64,000 nucleotides of DNA from Salpingoeca rosetta (lineage: Eukaryota; Protista; Choanoflagellata): assembly GCA_033442325.1 (NCBI GenBank), contig JAWQFM010000002.1, positions 1,351,078 to 1,415,077 of the forward strand. Direction: 5' to 3'. Positions 28,940 to 44,569 of this stretch are shown piece by piece (the first letter of the stretch is position 1; each line of letters opens with the position of its first letter). A program made the position numbers and the translations under genes. The notes under the pieces were generated by a model. The model had not been told where the DNA came from and made no database searches. It was given only the letters and a program-made list of their open reading frames with translations.

Positions 28940-30604
28940 CGTGTGTGTGTGTGTGTGAGTGTGTGTGTGTGTGTGCGAGTGTGTTGTACGTGTGTTGTGT
29001 GCTGAGTGAGGGCGGGATTCGGGAGGACAGTGAAAGTCGCACGCATACAGACAGGTGCGGGTGGCGCGCGCGCAAGGGACAGCAAGCAGAGCAGTAGGAA
29101 TGCACACTTGAGTGGGGTAGACGACATGTTGACGGCTTGGTCGCGGAGAAGCGTTTTCCTGTGCATTCGAGCAGCAAGTGCATGAGTTGAGGAACACATA
29201 CAAGGTGGGAAGCCAGTGCACACTGTGCGTGTGTGCATGTGAACATAACTGTGATCGCATGCGTGTGCGTGTGCATGTGCACATGTGTGCTCACCGTGCT
29301 GTCATGCGGCGTCCGGGTGTTCTGACGCCGCGAGAAACAAGATCTCGCAGGCTCCTGCAAAGGCCGTAGAGGCAAACCCAATGATGGTGCGAGCGGAGGA
29401 AGTGTGAGCACACGTTTCGTTCACGTTGAATGCGCAACAGGGCACGCGCAAACATGCATGCATGCAGGCAGAGGTCGATGTGTAGTTGTGTCAACACGTG
29501 TCTGTGTAAACACGTAGGGATGGCCGCCTGTGTGGCCCATGCGAACAAGACCTACCCAGTCGAGGTGTTGGCAGCAGAAGGCGAGGACGATGCCACAGCG
29601 TGCACTCGCTTCGCAGGTGTTGGTGTGTGCGGAGACAACAGGTGCGTTGCCTCTCGCCTCACGTCCAAGCGCTGTGTCTGCTTGCGCATCTCCTTGCGCG
29701 TGGTGTTTGGGCTGCTGCTCACAGACCGCGCGCTTGGCGGTGTTGTGCTCGTGTGTGTCGGCGACAGCAGCACGTGGTAGTCGTCTGCGCTGCCCTGGTG
29801 CGGCGAGCGGCGTGGCGGCGTCTTCATGCTCGCTGCATCGTCCTTTGCCTCGCGGGTTGCTGTTGGCGAGTCAAGTGCCGACAAGCGCATGGGCGGTGCG
29901 CCCGTCACAGCCCGGTGGCGTGGCACCCGTGGTTTGTGCGACGTGCTCCGTGCATTCCGGTCCTGTGCGTGTGTGAGTGTGTATGTGAGTGCGTGTGTGA
30001 GAGCAAGGGAGAGAGTGAGAGGCCGTGAGTTCTAGAGTGTAAAGTGCACAGCAGAAGCACACGTGGGAAGAGGGGGGGGGAGTTCACGTGCGCGACAGCC
30101 AAGCAGCAATCACGCGCACCACAGCAGTTGGGCCAAACGGCGTCACGGGGCCGGGAGCGCCGTGCTGTTGCAGTGATTAGAGTGGCGGTGGTGTGGGCAG
30201 TGTAGCGTGAGGGTTGGGCGCTGCTGTCCACGCAGTACCGTGGCCAACAAGAACGCACACACACAAACACACACACACACACAACACACACAAACACACA
30301 CACACACACACACACAACACACACAAACACACACAAACACACACAGACAAAACCTGAGCACATGAGCAACGAGTGTCACGTGACTCACTGCGTGGGGCAT
30401 GTGGGAGTGGAAGGAGACGTGGCCGGGGGCGGCGAGTGGCGTGTGGTCGTGTGCATTTCCGCCCTCAGACTTGAACGAGAGGTGCGGTAGGGGATCTGAC
30501 GCGAAGAAGGGATGGCAGGGAGGTTGCAGCGAGCAAGCGGAGAGTCATGAGTGTAAGGGAGGCGAAGACGGTGAGCACGTGCGTGTGTGCGTGCGTGTGT
30601 GTGC

Positions 30605-30674
<70 letters not shown>

Positions 30675-30862
30675 CTGTGTGTGTGCATGCGTGCATGTGT
30701 GAATTGCGCGCGTTCACTTTAAAGCCTAACCGTGATGACTGGAAGATCTGGCAGTGTAGCGATGAAGACAAGGGCACAGAAGCACAGAGTGAAAAGATGA
30801 GCATTGAAACTGAAGCACGCAGCATTGGATCAATACACGCATGCACGGACCCCACGTACACA

Positions 30863-30935
<73 letters not shown>

Positions 30936-31319
30936 GCACATACACACACACGCGCGCGCTCACCTGACGTGGCCCCTGCGAGAGAGGAGAGAAGTTGTAC
31001 TGGGAATACTCAGCAGTCTGATGTCAAGCAGTACCGCAAAGCAGGGAGAGGGGGAAGGTGAGGACAGCGCGACGGGGGCACGTTTCACACATACGCATGG
31101 GATCTTCCATGCAAGCACACACAAGCACATGCATATGCACGCACACACACACCTGCGGAACTTTCGCTTTGGAATGTGCGATTGGTGGGGATCGGTTGTC
31201 TGTGGGTGATGTGGCAGCGTCAAGGTGAGATTCCATAACAGGCACGCGCGAGGACGAAGACAAAGGTTCACAGCAACCCCCCCCCCCCACGCACACACGC
31301 ACAAACAAACACACAAACA

Positions 31320-31380
<61 letters not shown>

Positions 31381-31593
31381 CACACACACACCTGTTCGAT
31401 GCCCTGTCGGGGCTTGTATGGTGTTCCGAGGAGGAGGGTTGGGAAGAGGTAGTGGACGTGGTTTGTGATGCAGTACCGAAGAATGAGCTCGTAAGCGAGC
31501 AGCCGGCCCTCCTTCCACTGCCACGACGGGCCCGGGCCGTCGCCCTCGTCACCAGCACCAGTCGCCTCCGCTGCACACACAAAACGCACACAC

Positions 31594-31634
<41 letters not shown>

Positions 31635-33681
31635 CACGCACGCACGCACGCACACACACACACGCACATACACGCACACACACGCACACACACGCACAAA
31701 TGATGCGAGAACGTCAGGTGAGATGAGTGCATAGAAGCATCAGCAACAGCAACAGCAACAGGAACAGCAGCACCACCATGACTGCCAGCAGCAGCAGCAG
31801 CAGCAGTAGTGATTGCGACCTGCTGAGGCAAGGCGGTCGACATCAACAGGCCAGTCGGCAGCCAGTCCTTGAAGCACTGAGGTGGCGACACGTGCCAAGT
31901 AGAAACGTGAGCAAGCAGCAGCAGTCACAAATAGATGCATGGGCATGCAGCAATCACACACACACACTCAAGCACACACTCACACACACACTATCTCTCT
32001 CATACACGACGCACCAAGCTTTAGCATGACGGGGTTGCTGCTGTCCTTTGCAACGACAAACTTGAAGACGGTGCTAGTTGCCTGGCGCACGGTGGAGGCC
32101 GGGTGGGCAAGGTACGCGCTGAACGTCGAGAAGAACAGCGGCCATTTTGGCAGCAGGAACCCCGGCGGCACATGCTTGATGATGAAGTGGCACACGCCAA
32201 GCAGGCCCTCTGCCTCGTGCGCGGGCAGCGGGGTGATTGGCGCGCCCCAGCCCGTGCGCATGGTCGATGATGGCGATGCGGGCGATGGCGGTGGTGACAA
32301 CGAGTGCAGCGCTGGAAGCGATGTGGCGGGGGCAACCGTATCGGATGAGGGTGTGCCGCGTGGTCGTGGTCGTGGTGGCGATGGGTGGGACAGGCGCGCC
32401 CGAACACGCGCACGTGCACGCGCAGCAGCCGAGCCCACGCCTGTTCCTAATGGGGATGGCGACGACGACGGTGATGGCGAGCGAGGAGCACCACTGCTGC
32501 CATTGCTGCTGCTGCTGTTGGCGTTGGAGAAGCTTCGTCGTCCGCGCTCGCGCCGCAGCCGCGCCACAATGTTCTCGAGGGTGTTGAGCGCCTGGTGGAA
32601 CTGGCTGCGGCTGAGAAAGGCCGCGTACGCCTTCGTGGCGTATTCACGGATGCTCAGCTGTTCATGCGCCAGCAGCTTGTAGACGATGCTGTTGAACCCG
32701 TCAACCACAAACGACGGCAGCCCCGCAGGCAGAACCATCTCCCCAAACTGAACACGTGTGTGTGTGTGTGTCATGTGTGTGTGTGTGTCATGTGTGTGTC
32801 ATGTGTGTGTGTGTCACGTGTATGTGTGTTTGTGTAAGCGATGCGCGCGCGTCTGCTTGAGCAAGCTCGCAACGCATGAAGGGTCAGTGTAGACGGCCGC
32901 GGTCATCCTTTCATACCCCCCCCAAACACACGCACACAATCACGCAAGCGCGAGATACCCGACGCAGCAAAGCGCGCATGAGAACGTACGGTGAGTTGAT
33001 AGTCCGAGCGGTCTGTGAGCGAGTCGGCGGCGGCGGCAAACCTGAACGTGCCGTGACCGTGTGCGCGTCCATCGTCACGCAGCGCCGTCTTGTGCACCCA
33101 TGTGAACTTGCGAATGATGGTCGTGATGCCCTGTACAGCCCCCTCTGTCTCCTGCCACGATGCGTCCTCCCGGCTGCAGATGGACACGAGCGCCTCAAAC
33201 AGCTGCCGCGTCTGCTCAAACGTGAGTACGCCCAGCACGTCTGACACACGAAGTGCCGCTGCTTTGCGAATAGCAGACCACACATCTGTCAGGCCCAGCA
33301 CCAGACACGCCTGACGGCAGCCATGCGAAATAGGCGGGGGGGGGGGGACATTTGTGTGTGTGTGTGCGTGCGTGTGTGTATGTGCGTGTGTGTTTGTGAG
33401 TGACAGCGTGTGTGCACATGTGTGCGTGTGTGTGTACATGTGTTTGTGGGTGTCAGCGTGTGTGCGTGTGGGTGTTATTATGCAAAGACGCGTGCACATA
33501 CAACAGGTACAGCTTTTCGTGCAAATCACACGACGAAGCGAACAGCAGGAACATCACCCGCACCTCAACGGCTTGCTCTGCTCCTTCGCCAGAGACGCTG
33601 CCTAGTTCCTGCGCTGCCACCCAGTCCAGCACAATGGCAACAATGTGCCGCCGCACAGACGCCTCGCCCTTCGCTGCTCCA

Positions 33682-33745
<64 letters not shown>

Positions 33746-33754
33746 GTGTGTGTG

Positions 33755-33786
<32 letters not shown>

Positions 33787-35211
33787 GAAGAATGATTGAG
33801 GAAGGGCGTTCAAGTTCTTTGAACCACCACAACCGAGTACATCATATCGCAGTCACGCACACACGCACACAACCGCTGCGTGCTCGCAGGCACGTACCTT
33901 TCTTGAGAGCAATGTACATGGCGGTGACGGAGAGGTCAGTGATGGGAAGGGTTGTGAGCCTGCACACATGGGCCATCGCACAAACGACACCACCAGCAAC
34001 AGCAGCAATCAGCAAAGACGCAAGGTAGAGGTGAGTGGGGTGTCGCGTGTGAGAAAGATTCGGCGAAGACTCACAGATGAGTACTGCATGAACAACTCCA
34101 CAGGGGGCAATCACAGCAAGTCAGGGCAGCGGAGACGGCAACGACAGCACAGGGCTGCGCACCAGTCAATGATCGTGGAGAGAGCAGAGGAGAGCGACTG
34201 CAGGTTGCCCTGTGCCAACGACACGGGCGTGTGTTCATTGGTTTGCTGCCCAGCAGCAACGGTGGCGTCAGCGCCGAATGTGCCCTGACTGAGTGTGTTG
34301 CGCCCAGCATTGGCGGTGCTCGCCATGTGAGGAAACGCCGATGTCAAGGGGCCATATCGCAGGTGAAACAACCGCGAGATGAATGCGCCAATGCGCTGCG
34401 CCAGGGCCACATCTGTGCACGGCCACGAAATGTGTATTGTGTCCGCGTCTGCAGTTGTGTCTGTGGCTGTGCCCGCCGTGTCCTGGGATGCCGCCATCGG
34501 TGATGTCGCCGTGGTTGTTGGCCTTGCAGGTGAATCCGTTGTTGGTGTGGACCCCATATCACCACCATCAGCAGTAGTATCGGCACGACCAGCGTCATCC
34601 TGCCCGTTGCCCTCCTCGGCATCGCTGTCTTGCTTGGTCCGTGGACTTGCCATCCACACGAGCAGCTCCAGCGCTTCCTCCTGCTCCGCAGAAGGCGCGC
34701 CCGGCCGTCGTGGCGTCTCAGCGCCGGTAATGTGCATGGGGGATGGGGCTGAATCAGCATCCTCCTGCTGATGGGCAGACACGGACTTTGGGGTCTGTGG
34801 CTGGCAATGTTGGTGCGGCGGGTTTGCCACAGACGTAGTGGAAGGGGTCCTGGGCGATTCCGTCTGCGCAGGGTGAGCAGGCTTTGGGATCGGGCTGCTG
34901 TCGAAGCTGGGCATGCTGACGCCATTGGCTGTGGTAGTGGTAGTCGTGGTGGATGTGGCGGTGGTAGCGGCGGTGGAAGCTTCGTGACTCAGCGGGCTTC
35001 CCATCCGTGCAAGGGCGGATGCCACGTGCTCTCGTGGTGTGGAGCTTGTGTGCGTGTGGCTGAGCATCTGCAGCAGCCGATGTGCGGCTGGGCTGCCCAA
35101 GCTGGTACATGCTCGAAACTCCCTGCACTTCTTTGCCAACAGCCGCGCCTCTCGCAGCACTGTCTCCACATCTCCACTCAACATGGCGCTGCTTGCTGTT
35201 GTTGTGGGCAT
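23966..35211 (-). CDS. Large uncharacterised HEAT/ARM-like alpha-solenoid protein, many exons
   Basis: Consecutive coding-like exons with HEAT-type signatures: [94 protein letters not shown]. Last exon [21 protein letters not shown]...VSVV*. Not every junction was resolved, so this could be two genes. Confidence 0.65.
27120..27174. repeat. (CA)n-(CG)n alternating purine-pyrimidine tract
   Basis: About 12 CG units adjoining a CA run. Confidence 0.9.
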
Positions 35212-35327
35212 GCTGTGTGATGCGGGGGGCTGTGTGCAATGTTGTCTGATCCTGTTTTCGTTGTTGTGGGTGCTGCCTGCTGTTGTTCGTTTGATGCACC
35301 GTCTGTCCTTGCCTTATCCCCCTGTTT

Positions 35328-35374
35328 TCTTCTTCTTCTTCTTCTTCTTCTTCTTCTTCTTCTTCTTCTTCTTC
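35328..35374 (+). repeat. (TTC)n trinucleotide repeat in the divergent intergenic region between the HEAT gene and ANP32
   Basis: Directly visible. Confidence 0.95.
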
Positions 35375-35949
35375 TTTCGCCGTCCCTTGCCTGTGTTGTT
35401 GGACTGGCCTGTTTCGTCTTCCTTGTCTATCCCCGCTCAGTTCAGCTCGGCTCTGTACTCGTCGTCTGACGCTGACGTTGTGGTCGCCAACAACACAGCA
35501 GCTGCGCACACTCACTATTTGGTTGTGTTGTTGTCTTCCCTTCCGCCTTGGCGAGACAAGTTGGGAGGATTTGGCGAACCTTGGGACAAAACGACACAAA
35601 TGAAATAGTCGTCCCTTTTGGATGTTGTACCAAATTGAGCTGTTTTCGCATTTTCACTCGGCGCCAACCAGCAAAACCCGCAAAAGGTCAGAGAGAGCGT
35701 GCACACACACAACACAACACTCGCACAAGCACGCCAAGGTGCACTGAGAGGGCGGCTTGGTTGTGACGTGTTGTTGGCTGGGTCGTGTCGGCGGCACACG
35801 TGCGTGCGTGTGTGAATCTGCAAGGGAACATGTGCGCGCGTGTAGTGGTGTTGGTCGTGTGCAGTGTTCATGTGCATGGTGTGCCTGGTGTGGTTTTTTG
35901 GCGGGTGGCGCGGCCTGGCTGTTCAGTGAGCAACGCCATCGCGCGCGCG

Positions 35950-36032
<83 letters not shown>

Positions 36033-36274
36033 CTTTGCTGTTGGCGCCATGCACTGGTTCATACGTACGCATGACCTCCTGGTTTGTGTCAAACAGGCAG
36101 CAAGCAGTCTGCCATTCTACTGGCTGTGCCGCATCTTCATTTCCACTCGCCGAGTCGTGCATTGCTGTGTCGACATACACACGCCCGCTGTCGCACAGAG
36201 ACTCAAACAGAGACTTACACACGCTTAACATACACACACACTCACTCAGCACACATACACACACATCTGGCACA

Positions 36275-37385
36275 ATGGCTGCCATCCAAGAGCGACTGGA
36301 GAAGGAGCTGCAAGGGCGCACTCCAGATGAGGTTTGTGGTTGCAGCGCAGACGGCGCCATTCAGAGGAGATTTCCTGGCCTGCTCTACGCTGCGAGCTGC
36401 TCTTGCGATGGCTTGTCGATCGATGCACGTCTCGTCACCAACTCACCTTTTGCCACAACATGGCTTCGCAGATTACCAGCCTGAACCTGGACAACTGCGT
36501 GTGCGGGAGGTCACTTGCTGGTATCATTACCGACAAGTTTGTCAACCTGGAGTACCTCTCCCTCAACGCCATCTCCCTCAACTCCCTTCACGGCTTTCCC
36601 GCGCTCCCAGCACTCCAGAAGGTGTGCATGTGTGTGTGTGTGTGTGCGGACATGAATGCGGATGTGGATGTGTGTGCATACGTATTTGCGCGCGTGTGCG
36701 TGTGTGTGTGTTCGTGGGTGTTCGTGGGTTTTCGTTGGTGTGACGTCTCATCATGTATTGGAGTTGAAGCTGTTACCCTGCAGGCGTCGCATCACATCAG
36801 CAGCAATCAGTGCTGACGTACCCCTATGTTGTACCTTTCTGCGATGTGCGTGTCAGTTGGAGATTGCCGACAACAGGCTGAGCAAAGGCTTTGACAAGCT
36901 GGCGCCGTGCAAGAACCTTCGTTACATCAACCTCAGCGGCAACAAGATTCGCGACCTCGCTGTCCTCGAAAGCCTCGTACGTCACCAACACTGGCAGCAC
37001 AACACATACACACACATACACACACCCGCGCAGTTGCGCGCCTATAGCACCCACTTACTGATGTGCCCATGTGTGCCGTGTTGTTACTTTGCTTCAGTCT
37101 GCGCTGCCCAACTTGGAGCGCATCAGTATCATGAACAACCCGGCTGCCGACGACGAGGCCGAGGAATACAGGTGCGCAGCCCTGCTATTTGTGCTCTTCC
37201 CCACTCTGCTGCTGCTGCTGCTGTTCTAGTGTCTGTTCTGTTTGCTGTCTCGCTATCGCTAGCTCGGGTCGGCAGTTGGCACACGCAGCGATGCTCATCT
37301 TGCACATGCTTCACCGTGCCTTGCAGAACACGCGTGTTTGAAATGCTGCCAAAGGTCAAGTTCATCGACAGCGTCGACAGGTGTG

Positions 37386-37418
<33 letters not shown>

Positions 37419-38562
37419 AGTCATTTGTGTTTGTGCACATTTGTATGAACCCGAGGACGTGTGCATACACGTGCACGAGCACGCAGCTGACTGGTGGCGC
37501 GTGCTGCTCTGCCTGCAGGGACGGCAACGAAGCGCTGACAGACGAAGACGAAGATGACGAAGATGAGGACGAGTATGATGACGACGAGGAGGGAGATGAC
37601 GATGATGATGATGAGGAGAACGGGGAAGTGGAGGCGGCGGGTGACTTTGACGACGATGAGGAAGCAGCCAACAATGGTGATGGCGATGATGACGAGGAGG
37701 AGGACGAGGACGATGATGACGAGGAGGAGGATGATGGTGATGATGGCCAGGATGATGGCCCGGCTGGCGACGATGATGACGACGACGGGGAATATGATGA
37801 CGGCCCAGCCGGTGACGAGGATGACGATGAGGAGGGTGGTGATGATGAGGATGAGGAGGAGGAGGGAGTTGGTGGAGATGATGACGACGACGAAGATGAT
37901 GAGGATGATGATGGTCATGAGGATGATGGCCAGAGTGGCGACAACGATGTGGACGATGATGATGACGACGGCGAGTTTGATGACGAGGCGGCGGGTGATG
38001 ACGATGATGACGACACAGCCGGCGGTGTTGGCCACGACAATGACGGGGATGATGATGATGATGATGAGGACGACGATGAACCCGGACTGGAGAGCCTCTT
38101 CCGCGACGTACGTCACCCTGCAACTGTTTGTGTGTGTGTGTGTGTGTGTGCGTGTGCGTGTGCGTGCGTGCGCGTGTGTGTGTGTGTGTTTGTCTGTTTG
38201 GGTGCTTTGTTTTGTACGTCGTTGCTCACGCATATGCTTGGTGTATGTCATTGCGTGCGGTGACTGCAACAGGACATTGGCGATGAGGATGATGGTGGCG
38301 AGTACGAAGTTGATGACGAAGAGGAGGAGGACGACTATGATGAGGATGGTGCGTCAGTTACAGTAACAATCGCGCTCGCCCTGTTACGATGACAGGCTGC
38401 CCCATGCATCCTGCACTTGTTACATGCGCATTGACGCTTCGGCCGGCATGTCACTCGCCACAACATCTGTTGCACTTTTCCACAACTCACACGACTCAAT
38501 ATCACACACACAACACACACATAGACGAGCTTGAGGCCAAGCGACCCAAGCAGGGCGAGTAG
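36275..38562 (+). CDS. ANP32: Acidic leucine-rich nuclear phosphoprotein 32 family (LRR + LRRcap + acidic tail + NLS), 8 exons
   Basis: MAAIQERLEKELQGRTPDE|ITSLNLDNC...LEYLSL...FPALPALQK|LEIADNRLS...LRYINLSGNKIRDL...EYR|TRVFEMLPKVKFIDSVDR|DGNE, then a long D/E tail and a last exon ELEAKRPKQGE* (38525-38562). Confidence 0.95.
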
Positions 38563-38870
38563 CTGCAGTGCACACACACGCGACCGTGGATACCATTGTG
38601 CTGTAATCTTCCTTCGCCCCTCTCTGTTGTGTTTGATTGCCTCTGTTCTCTGTTCTCTCTTCCCTGTTGCTTTTCTTTTGATAACTGTTGGATGTACACG
38701 AGGGAGTGACCGTGTGTGTGTGTCTGTGTGCGTGTGTGTGCGTGTGTGTTTGTGTGTGTGTGTGTGTCTTTGTCTGTGAGTGTCGGTGTGTCTGTGTGTG
38801 CGTGTGTGCGTGTGTATTGGTGCGACCGTGGCGTGTTGACTTGACAGTGATAGCGTGTTAGAGACCCTGA

Positions 38871-42597
<3,727 letters not shown>

Positions 42598-42944
42598 CAG
42601 CTCGCCCGCAGTGTGCTTTGTAGGTGTGTGTGTGTGTCTATGTGTACGTGTGTACGTGTGTGTTGGGATGGGATGGCTCACATGCAACACAGAGCGGTGC
42701 TGTCATCAGACAGGGCACACCCACACACTAATGCTGATTGCTCGTAACCAGAGAATCGAATTCTTGAATACAACAAAACAAACTTGCCATGGATGCATAC
42801 GTGAATTAACATGCAGAGCAGGCGCGCAACTAACTACAAATGCAAGCGAGACCTTGTCAAAGTGTCAAAGTGTGTTCGACACGGGTCAGCAGAACGGAAG
42901 GGCGAAGGAGAGAGAGTGCGTGTGTGTGCATGGATGGGTGTGAC

Positions 42945-42989
<45 letters not shown>

Positions 42990-43043
42990 ACACATACACA
43001 CACACACACATACACAAGTTCGCATATGCACACGGATCGGTGA

Positions 43044-44525
43044 CTAGAGAACAGAGGACACCTGATCCTCTGCAGTGTCGTCCTCGCACAGCGGCAGAAG
43101 ATCGTGGAAACGGCTCAGGTCAAGCACACATTCGCCCGTCGCATCTGACAGTCATGAATGCATTGTGTGAGGGCCGGTGAAGTTTTGGTGAATGGCGACG
43201 GGAGTCTGCTGACACTCACACACGCACATGCTAACGCACACACACACATGCTGACGCACGCGCACGCATGCTGACACACACACATGCTAACGCACGCGCA
43301 CGCATACCTCACAAACACGAACAAACATACACACACACACACACAAACTGTCGCCACCATGCCACCATGTTAGGACGAGCACCACGCCAGCTGCACCTTG
43401 CTGGACGCAGGGAGCAAACTGCTGTTCAAAGACAACGTCGTCGATTGTGTACGAGTGGCGCGCCTGACACATCAACGCAGCACGACAATACCATCACCGC
43501 CATCATCACAATCGTTAGGACCAGTCACGTGCAATAGGAAGCATTGTCGTGTGGGGTGGAAACCACACAGTGAATGCAGGTATTGTGCACGAGTGTATAT
43601 GTGTGTGTGTGAGCGAGCGTATGTGTTGGTGGTTCTACCTGTACTGTATATGATGTTGCAGCATCAATGCCTTCGACCAGGCAGAGGACCTGGAAGGGCG
43701 TGCATGGAAATTGGCCAGTCCATCAATGAGACTCGACACATCAGGGACCCACCGCAACTCGACAGCCAAACAAAACCCACAATGAGGCAACACCATTGCT
43801 CAAGTTGACACAGCAGCACTGCAGTGCAATGCACTCATGTGTGTGTGTGTGCGTGTTTGCGTGTGCGTGCGCACCTCGATGTTGTCTCGCTTGAACTTTT
43901 CAATGATCTGCTCCTTTGTAGTGACAGCAGGCGCCCTAGTGAGGATGCATGTGTGTGTATGTGTGTGTGTGTGTGAAATGTGTAAGATGCATGTGCCTTA
44001 GACTGTGCAACGCCACTGGATGGCACAGGTGTACATTCGAGGAGGTGACACAAGCGCAGCAGCACTCTTACCTTTTGCTTTTCGGTTCTCGTCCTGCAGC
44101 CGACAGCAAAACACACACACACACGCACACACATACACACACACGCACACGCACCACACACCGCAAGCATCAGAGCACATAGTAATGCAGGCAGACACTG
44201 ATTGGCAAACCACATGTCCATTCGACACAACACTGCGACCAGCATGCAACGATGAAGGTGCACCGGGTACACCACATGTCACCTTGCAGTTGACCACAAC
44301 AAACACATCGTCAACACAAAGACATGCCGCGGTGGTGCGCACCTCCGTTCTCGACGTCCACGACGCGCATGAGCGGTTCCGGAAACTGAAACGACGTCGA
44401 CGGATCGTGCTCGGAGCCTGTTGGGACGGGCGGTGGGTGGGGGAATGTGTGCACATAGTATGATTACTGTGCTGCGTTGTTGGTTTGTGCGATTCTTTGT
44501 GTGGTTGTGTGTGTGCGTGTGTGTG

Positions 44526-44569
<44 letters not shown>

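Noticed and set aside
33674-33897. Apparent frameshift across a CA tract in the HEAT gene, suggesting phase variation
   Set aside because: A normal phase-1 intron (AAA G|gtacgt ... gagcag|CG AAG) restores the frame.
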